From Bacteroidota bacterium (GTDB lineage Bacteria > Bacteroidota > Bacteroidia > NS11-12g > UBA955): a stretch of DNA of 64,000 bases. Positions within the stretch are counted from its first letter, which is position 1; every line of letters starts with the position of its first letter. A program made the translations under genes and the position numbers. Below are positions 58,203-64,000 of this stretch, piece by piece. The DNA lies in the NCBI GenBank assembly GCA_046301955.1, contig JBKCJE010000012.1:590-64589 (forward strand), in the 5' to 3' direction. Below the pieces are notes generated by a model, which ran no database searches, was not told the origin of the DNA, and saw only the letters and a list, made by a program, of their open reading frames with translations.

Positions 58203-58368
58203 ATTTGTATTAATTTTAATCGTGAAATTAAAACGAAATTAACGCTAAAGTTGTTGTGATAACTGCAACGCTCAATTTTTTTTCGACGAAAATCGCAAAT
58301 AATCAATACACGCGGTCATTGACGAAGTAAATTCTTGAGGTACACTTAGATTTAGTAAATTTGTATAA

Positions 58369-59061
58369 ATGCTCGATTTTCACAACCATTTACTCCCCGG
58401 TATCGACGATGGTTCTCCCGATGTGGAGACCTCACTCATGCTATTCCGAGGAATGGCAGATTTGGGTTTCACCGACATTATTTGCACACCCCACATTATC
58501 GCAGATACGCATCCCAACAACCCTGAAACCATTCAAAATGCCGCCCAATTTCTCAAATCTGAGGCGCAAAAACTGGGTGTAAATCTTGATTTTCGCATTG
58601 CCGCAGAATACATGTTGGATGATACATTTCAGCATGCACTCTCCACAAAACAACCCCTACTTAAATTGCATAAAAACCGCATTTTGGTCGAGTTCAGTTA
58701 TATTCAAAAGCCGAGTAGGGTAGAGAATTTTAGCTTTGACTTACAAATAGCAGGTTATGAGCCTGTTCTGGCCCACCCAGAGAGGTACATGTATTACCAC
58801 AAAGAATTGGGTTACTATGAACACCTCAAAGATTTGGGCTTCGAACTGCAGTTGAATCTTTTGTCATTAACACCCTATTACGGCAAAGAAGTTCAAAAGG
58901 TCGCCAATCATCTACTCAAAAATAAGCTGTACGATTTCGCCTGCACCGATATGCACCATGCGCGTCATTTAGAAGCCATGAAAGCCCATTTTACTGCCGC
59001 ATCGCTACAGAAACTGTATGATGATTTTGGTTTGAAAAATGCCGAATTGGCCGCGGTTTAA
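58369..59061 (+). CDS. PHP-family protein-tyrosine phosphatase, CpsB/CapC (YwqE)-like
   Basis: MLDFHNHLLPGIDDGSPD N-terminal metal site; CTPHI; LAHPERY motif; 230 aa. Confidence 0.7.
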   Translation: MLDFHNHLLPGIDDGSPDVETSLMLFRGMADLGFTDIICTPHIIADTHPNNPETIQNAAQFLKSEAQKLGVNLDFRIAAEYMLDDTFQHALSTKQPLLKLHKNRILVEFSYIQKPSRVENFSFDLQIAGYEPVLAHPERYMYYHKELGYYEHLKDLGFELQLNLLSLTPYYGKEVQKVANHLLKNKLYDFACTDMHHARHLEAMKAHFTAASLQKLYDDFGLKNAELAAV

Positions 59062-62018
59062 TACCCGAACAATTCATTGATTTCTACGTCTACTACCTTG
59101 CCATATTTGGCCAAGTCTGTTTTACCAACGCGGGCACGGTCTGCCACGACCACCAATGTATATGGTTTACCACTCACCCTTTCCTTGTGGAAATTGGCGA
59201 TGTCTGTCATTCCCAGGGTCGACAACTTGCCGTAATTAGCCATGTTGGGAACCACCGTTGAAAAACCACGCTCAACATTCATGTCATACGTTGCAATGTA
59301 GGACGAACGATCCAAACGGTTTGTTTCTAGCTGATTGGCCAAACTTTTCTTCGCCAATTCAAAGACTTCCGCATTCTCAGGCAATGTTGTCATCAACTCA
59401 TTCATTGCGGCCACCGCATCGTGAAATTTATCGGCTTGCGTTCCCACAAAACCCACCATGGAATTGTATTTTCCTTTGGCCATTCCCGGACGATACACCG
59501 CATAAGTACTGTACGCCAATGCCTTCGCCTCGCGAATGTTCTGGAATACCACACTGCTCATGTCGCCACCAAAATATTGGTTAAATGCCGATACTACAGG
59601 CGATTCCGACTCCGCCAAAACCGATCCGCGCGAATACCAGTTAATGCTCGCCTGCACTTGGTCATAATGAGTAAAATAAACCACTGGTTGGGTCACTTCT
59701 CTTTCTACAAACAATTGACTTACCGACTTAGACTTATCGAGTTGGAAAGCCAACTCGTGTTTGGTTTGATCTGCTGGCATCTGGTGATATTTCAATAAGG
59801 AAGCGGCCACGAGCGATTGGTCACGACTTCCGTAATAGTCAAGCGTATGCCGAATATTTTTCATGCCTTTGATCAATTTTACAAGATCAACAGCCTTTGA
59901 CTTTTTCAATTCATCGTTGCTCAACACCCATTTTGAGGGGTTGTTGGGGCCGTACATAGCATAAGACAACAAAGCACTTCGAACAGCGGCGGGATTTGAC
60001 TTTGCATCAGAACGAGATTTCATCACATCCGCAATCATTGATTGATAAACAGATTCATCCACCATTGGGTTATTCATCAACTTTTCAAGTAGCCACACAG
60101 CAGAATCAAAATACTCTTCGGGTCCATTCACACCGATCACAAAATGTTCATTTGAACCATTTGCACTGAAACTGCAACCCCAACGATAAAACGCATAACT
60201 AATATCCGTTGCTGTATAGCCATCTGTTCCTACGTAAGATAAATATGCAGGAATCAGATCTAGCCATTTGTTGTGCCACTTGCCATAATCGTAACGATAG
60301 GATAGGTTGAACAATCGATTGTCTTTGTTTTTTACATAGCGCATCACCGCCGGTCCCACATATTGTGTGGAGATTTCTTTCTTCAAATCCACTAGCTCGG
60401 GTTTGATCTGCGCCGAAGGCACTGCCAACCAATTTTTCACAAAGGCACTCTGCTTGTCGCGGTTCAATTCCACCGAGTGTATTTCCGGTTTCTCGATTTT
60501 CTCCGATACCGATTTATCGCCCTTGCGCTTATAAATCACCACGCGGTCTACATTCAAAAAGGCATTGGCAAAATCAACCAAATACTCTTTTTTCATCTCT
60601 TTCATCATGTTTAACTCGTTGATCTTGTCTCGATAATCCAGCCCTTGAATAAAGGCGTCCTTCAACAAAAAACAACGACTTTCATTTTCATCAAACGCAC
60701 GAATCTTTTCTATTTCCTTGTTCAAAATGATCGCCTTCAACAAATTCTCATCAAATTCACCTTTGCGAATCTTTTCCAATTCCGCCAACAACAACCCTTT
60801 CACCTCCTCCAGCGTTTGTCCTTCCTTGGGCGATCCTTCCATGTAAAAAATGCCATAATCCGACATCTGTTCAACGCCACTGGAGGCTGATAGCACCTTT
60901 TGCTGCAGGATTAGGTTCACATCAATCAAACCCGCTTTCGAATTATTCAACAATAAATCAATCAATTTGGCCGCCCTTGACTCTTCAGAACCTGCATTGG
61001 GAATACGAAAACCGATGTTTACATATTCCGCTTCTGGATCCTTTAATTCGTATGTACGCTCTTGGTTGCGAGGCTCCTCCAATTCAAAGATATAACTCAT
61101 AACATCCTTGGGTTGCATGTAGCCAAACTGTTCATATACTTGCTCAGCCACAGCATCAGGGTCAAAATCACCGCTCATGATAATCGCCATGTTGTTGGGC
61201 ACATAATACTCGTTGTAATAATTGCGAATCGCCTCGAGACTTGGATTTTTCAGGTGATCCACCGTACCGATGGTCGTTTGCAAACCGTAATTGTGTTTTT
61301 GAAACAAATCGGCCATCATGACTTCATACACCTTGTCACCCACGCGGTCCATAGAAATATTCTTCTCCTCGTAAACCGCCTCTAACTCAGTATGAAACAA
61401 CCGCAAAATGGGGTTTCGGAATCGCTCAGCCTCAAGGGCGATCCATTTGTTCACCATGTTCGATGGGATGTCGTTGATGTACACCGTTTCGTCGGTGCTG
61501 GTAAAAGCATTCGTGCCTTGTGCCCCCATTGCCTGACACATTTTGTCGTATTCATTCGCGATAGAAAATTTCGCGGCAAGCTGACTCACACTATCGATAG
61601 CGCGGTAAATGGCTTTCCGTGCGATGGGGTCTTTGCTGTGATTGTATTTCTCATACAACTGATCAATTTGCTTCAACAATGGTTCTTCCTTTGACCAGTC
61701 TAAACTGCCATATTTATCGGTGCCCTTGAACAACATATGTTCTAAGTAATGCGCCAATCCTGTGTGGTCTGCAGGGTCATTCTTCGAACCTGTTCTCACG
61801 GCAACCATGGTGTATACCCGGGGCGATTTTTGCTGGGTAGATGTAATTAGGGTAAGTCCATTGGCAAATGTATACTGTCGAACTTTCAATGGATCATTGC
61901 CAAAACTCACCACTTGCCAACGTTGGGTAGTGGCCGTGTTAATGCCTACAACTGCTTCTTGAGCGAAAGAAACCACTGCGCTAAATGCACAGAACAGCAA
62001 AGAAAATACCGATTTCAT
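59058..62018 (-). CDS. M16-family (pitrilysin/insulinase-like) zinc peptidase, tandem two-unit form, secreted
   Basis: 986 aa; signal peptide ending SFAQ; inverted zincin motif HYLEHMLFKGT; second inactive-type M16 repeat in the C-terminal half. Confidence 0.8.
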   Translation of the reverse strand: MKSVFSLLFCAFSAVVSFAQEAVVGINTATTQRWQVVSFGNDPLKVRQYTFANGLTLITSTQQKSPRVYTMVAVRTGSKNDPADHTGLAHYLEHMLFKGTDKYGSLDWSKEEPLLKQIDQLYEKYNHSKDPIARKAIYRAIDSVSQLAAKFSIANEYDKMCQAMGAQGTNAFTSTDETVYINDIPSNMVNKWIALEAERFRNPILRLFHTELEAVYEEKNISMDRVGDKVYEVMMADLFQKHNYGLQTTIGTVDHLKNPSLEAIRNYYNEYYVPNNMAIIMSGDFDPDAVAEQVYEQFGYMQPKDVMSYIFELEEPRNQERTYELKDPEAEYVNIGFRIPNAGSEESRAAKLIDLLLNNSKAGLIDVNLILQQKVLSASSGVEQMSDYGIFYMEGSPKEGQTLEEVKGLLLAELEKIRKGEFDENLLKAIILNKEIEKIRAFDENESRCFLLKDAFIQGLDYRDKINELNMMKEMKKEYLVDFANAFLNVDRVVIYKRKGDKSVSEKIEKPEIHSVELNRDKQSAFVKNWLAVPSAQIKPELVDLKKEISTQYVGPAVMRYVKNKDNRLFNLSYRYDYGKWHNKWLDLIPAYLSYVGTDGYTATDISYAFYRWGCSFSANGSNEHFVIGVNGPEEYFDSAVWLLEKLMNNPMVDESVYQSMIADVMKSRSDAKSNPAAVRSALLSYAMYGPNNPSKWVLSNDELKKSKAVDLVKLIKGMKNIRHTLDYYGSRDQSLVAASLLKYHQMPADQTKHELAFQLDKSKSVSQLFVEREVTQPVVYFTHYDQVQASINWYSRGSVLAESESPVVSAFNQYFGGDMSSVVFQNIREAKALAYSTYAVYRPGMAKGKYNSMVGFVGTQADKFHDAVAAMNELMTTLPENAEVFELAKKSLANQLETNRLDRSSYIATYDMNVERGFSTVVPNMANYGKLSTLGMTDIANFHKERVSGKPYTLVVVADRARVGKTDLAKYGKVVDVEINELFGY

Positions 62019-62078
62019 AGATGTACAAAAATAGGATTTCTATTCCTTCAACAATGTGTATTTATCTTCGCATCCATC

Positions 62079-62573
62079 ATGAACATCGAAAATTGGGTGG
62101 CTGTAGGACTTGGGGGCAACATGGGAAACCGACTTGCATACATTGGAAAGGCACAAATGTTGTTATCGCAACAGGTGGGAAGAATGATAAAATGTTCATC
62201 GCTTTATGAAACTGCTGCGTGGGGAAACACAGACCAGCCCCACTTTCTCAATCAAGCAGTGATCTTGAAAACGCCTTTCACACCAAAAATGCTGCTCCAC
62301 AAGTGTTTGGACATCGAAAAACAACTCGGCCGAAGACGCGAAATCAAATGGGGTCCACGAAGTATTGATATAGACATATTGCTATATAACGATATTGTAA
62401 ACACCACAGAAACGCTCCAAATTCCACATCCGCATATGCAAGACCGTAGATTCGTACTCCAACCACTAACCGAAATCGCCCCTCAGTATCTGCATCCCGT
62501 ATTCAAAACCACCCTCTCAACTTTGCTAAACCGGTGCGCGGATCCATTACCCGTTACTTTATACCATCCCTGA
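62079..62573 (+). CDS. folK: 2-amino-4-hydroxy-6-hydroxymethyldihydropteridine pyrophosphokinase (HPPK)
   Basis: VAVGLGGNMGN, YETAAWG and GPRSIDIDIL motifs. Start set at internal Met MNIENW (62079) of the longer track ORF. Confidence 0.85.
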   Translation: MNIENWVAVGLGGNMGNRLAYIGKAQMLLSQQVGRMIKCSSLYETAAWGNTDQPHFLNQAVILKTPFTPKMLLHKCLDIEKQLGRRREIKWGPRSIDIDILLYNDIVNTTETLQIPHPHMQDRRFVLQPLTEIAPQYLHPVFKTTLSTLLNRCADPLPVTLYHP

Positions 62574-63229
62574 TGTTCAATCTGCCTTACTGCCTGTTTC
62601 CCGATGTGCGATGGTTTGTTGCTGGAAACCAACAAAATCAGTATCCCATTCTCAAAAATGCGCCCTTTTTGAAACAAAACGGACACAATCGCTACGCAAT
62701 TGGCGGTCCAAATGGCATACAACAACTCACCGTGCCTGTATTCCACGAAGACCGCAACCGCCCCTTGCCAAACGTGCGCATCAACTACAGTGAAAAATGG
62801 GTGAAAGACCACAAACAAGCATGGCAAACCGCCTATGGCAAGTCGCCCTTTTTTGAATACTACGATTACCGATTTTGGGCATTATTGGATGAACAACCTG
62901 AAACCATGGAAACGCTAATTGATGGATGTAATGAACTACTTTTTAGCAACTTGAGAATTGCTCAAACGCCAGAATACACTGAAATAACCAACGCCCAACA
63001 ATCGCTCATCGCACAGCAATTGCTCGCCCCATATCAGCAAAGTATTGAAAAGATTGAGGTCATTCCCTATGCCCAAGTTTTTGATACTAAGTATGGTTTT
63101 CGCACCCCGCTGAGTGCACTAGATCTTCTGTTTCATTTGGGACCGCTCTCGTCGGAGTATTTCCAGCAATATCCTCAAGTATCGGCATTGAAAGGGCACA
63201 ACAATGCATTGCCTGGAGAGACTATGTAG
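62573..63229 (+). CDS. WbqC-like family protein (polysaccharide-locus-associated, function unknown)
   Basis: ATG overlaps the folK TGA (TGATG). Size (about 218 aa) and sequence style fit WbqC-family proteins. A flippase gene follows. Confidence 0.4.
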   Translation: MFNLPYCLFPDVRWFVAGNQQNQYPILKNAPFLKQNGHNRYAIGGPNGIQQLTVPVFHEDRNRPLPNVRINYSEKWVKDHKQAWQTAYGKSPFFEYYDYRFWALLDEQPETMETLIDGCNELLFSNLRIAQTPEYTEITNAQQSLIAQQLLAPYQQSIEKIEVIPYAQVFDTKYGFRTPLSALDLLFHLGPLSSEYFQQYPQVSALKGHNNALPGETM

Positions 63230-63258
63230 CTCCCAACCAACTTTCCTATCTTCGCATC

Positions 63259-64000
63259 ATGAGCGTATTGAAAAAACTGGCTTCCCAAACGGCTGTCTAC
63301 GGACTTAGCACGATGTTGGGTCGATTTCTCAACTACGCCCTCGTACCACTTTACCTGAGCAAATTCACCCCCGCAGAATATGGTGTGGTGAGTGTAATGT
63401 TTACCTATGCGAGTTTCTTGGCGATATTTTTCGCTCTGGGGTTAGAGACCGCCTTCTTCAACTTTTCAAAGAAAACGCAGCAGCCAGCGAAAGTATTTGC
63501 CACGGCTACATACACCCTTATTTTCACAGGATTTGCCGCCATTTTACTCGCCCGTTGGATGGGTCCGCAGATCATGAATTGGATGGGCTATCCACAGTAT
63601 CCCGCCCTGATTGAATACTTAGTGTACATTTTGGCAGCAGATGCAATTTCTGCCTTGGGATTTGCATGGCTGCGACAACAAGAAAAACCTTGGTCTTTCG
63701 CCTGGATCCGCCTCACCAATATTGGCGTAAACATTCTTGCTAACCTCTTTTTATTGGTTATAGCGCCTGCCTTTGGTGATTTTCTGATCAACCACAAGCC
63801 TCACTGCCTCGGACTGGCGCTGGATGCCACTCAGTTCAACGGTGAAACATGGCACAACTTTGCCGCATGGGGACTAGAACAAGCCCAACCGCAAAACATG
63901 ATTGCCAATATTTTCTTGAGCAATTTGTTGGCCTCTGCCATTACCCTTCCTCTATTGTGGCGCACCTTTACCCAACTCAAAGAAGGGTTTGATGTGGCGT
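63259..64000 (+). CDS. Polysaccharide biosynthesis protein / Wzx-type oligosaccharide flippase (MOP superfamily), 3' end beyond the window
   Basis: Polytopic membrane protein from MSVLKKLASQTAVYGLSTMLGRFLNYALVPLYL, typical Wzx/RfbX N-terminus. The ORF is open to the end of the window. Confidence 0.6.
   Translation, partial: MSVLKKLASQTAVYGLSTMLGRFLNYALVPLYLSKFTPAEYGVVSVMFTYASFLAIFFALGLETAFFNFSKKTQQPAKVFATATYTLIFTGFAAILLARWMGPQIMNWMGYPQYPALIEYLVYILAADAISALGFAWLRQQEKPWSFAWIRLTNIGVNILANLFLLVIAPAFGDFLINHKPHCLGLALDATQFNGETWHNFAAWGLEQAQPQNMIANIFLSNLLASAITLPLLWRTFTQLKEGFDVA

Noticed and set aside
1-64000. Search for tRNA/rRNA genes, CRISPR arrays, IS elements, integrases, prophage or toxin-antitoxin pairs.
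   Set aside because: I found no GTTCGAATC-type T-arm context in intergenic DNA. There are no direct-repeat arrays, no transposase/integrase-like ORFs, and no intergenic region longer than about 260 bp. The window appears to be core chromosome.

Overview
This window looks like a dense, largely housekeeping stretch of a Bacteroidota chromosome (Sphingobacteriia/Cytophagia/Chitinophagia-like). Lineage markers include a T9SS C-terminal sorting domain, a UpxY antiterminator, a GldE-like protein, TAnnTTTG promoter boxes, a single-Cys DksA/TraR, and the ileS-dksA-lspA and uppS-bamA gene orders. I support about 52 protein-coding genes from the sequence, and almost every intergenic gap is under 170 bp. 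I found no tRNA, rRNA, CRISPR array, transposase or integrase. Core genes recognised are ileS (partial), lspA, lysS, gltA, uvrB, metH, bamA, uppS, purK, purF, frr, gatA, tatA, accA, a fabK-like gene and folK. The parts that merit follow-up are listed below.
- Two paralogous cassettes each pair a TonB-dependent receptor with a DUF4249-like lipoprotein (5642-8946 and 30018-33628).
- Two paralogous di-heme cytochrome c peroxidase lipoproteins are present. One lies in a tight operon with an MbnP-like lipoprotein and a T9SS-secreted M1 peptidase. The other sits next to an ATP-grasp enzyme and a 51-aa hydrophobic micro-ORF.
- A UpxY (NusG-like) antiterminator heads a compact unit with a PIG-L/BshB-like deacetylase and a 705-aa GT-C membrane glycosyltransferase. 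This unit lies inside a run of about 15 co-directional, tightly packed minus-strand genes (58202 down to 43557).
- Tandem DUF6089-like outer-membrane paralogs lie upstream of uppS-bamA.
- A 3-hydroxyanthranilate dioxygenase / FAH / AIM24 cluster is present.
- MetH is encoded without its homocysteine-binding domain.
- The edge of a polysaccharide locus (cpsB-like, wbqC-like, wzx) lies at the 3' end.
All functional calls rest on motif recognition by eye; I ran no database searches.
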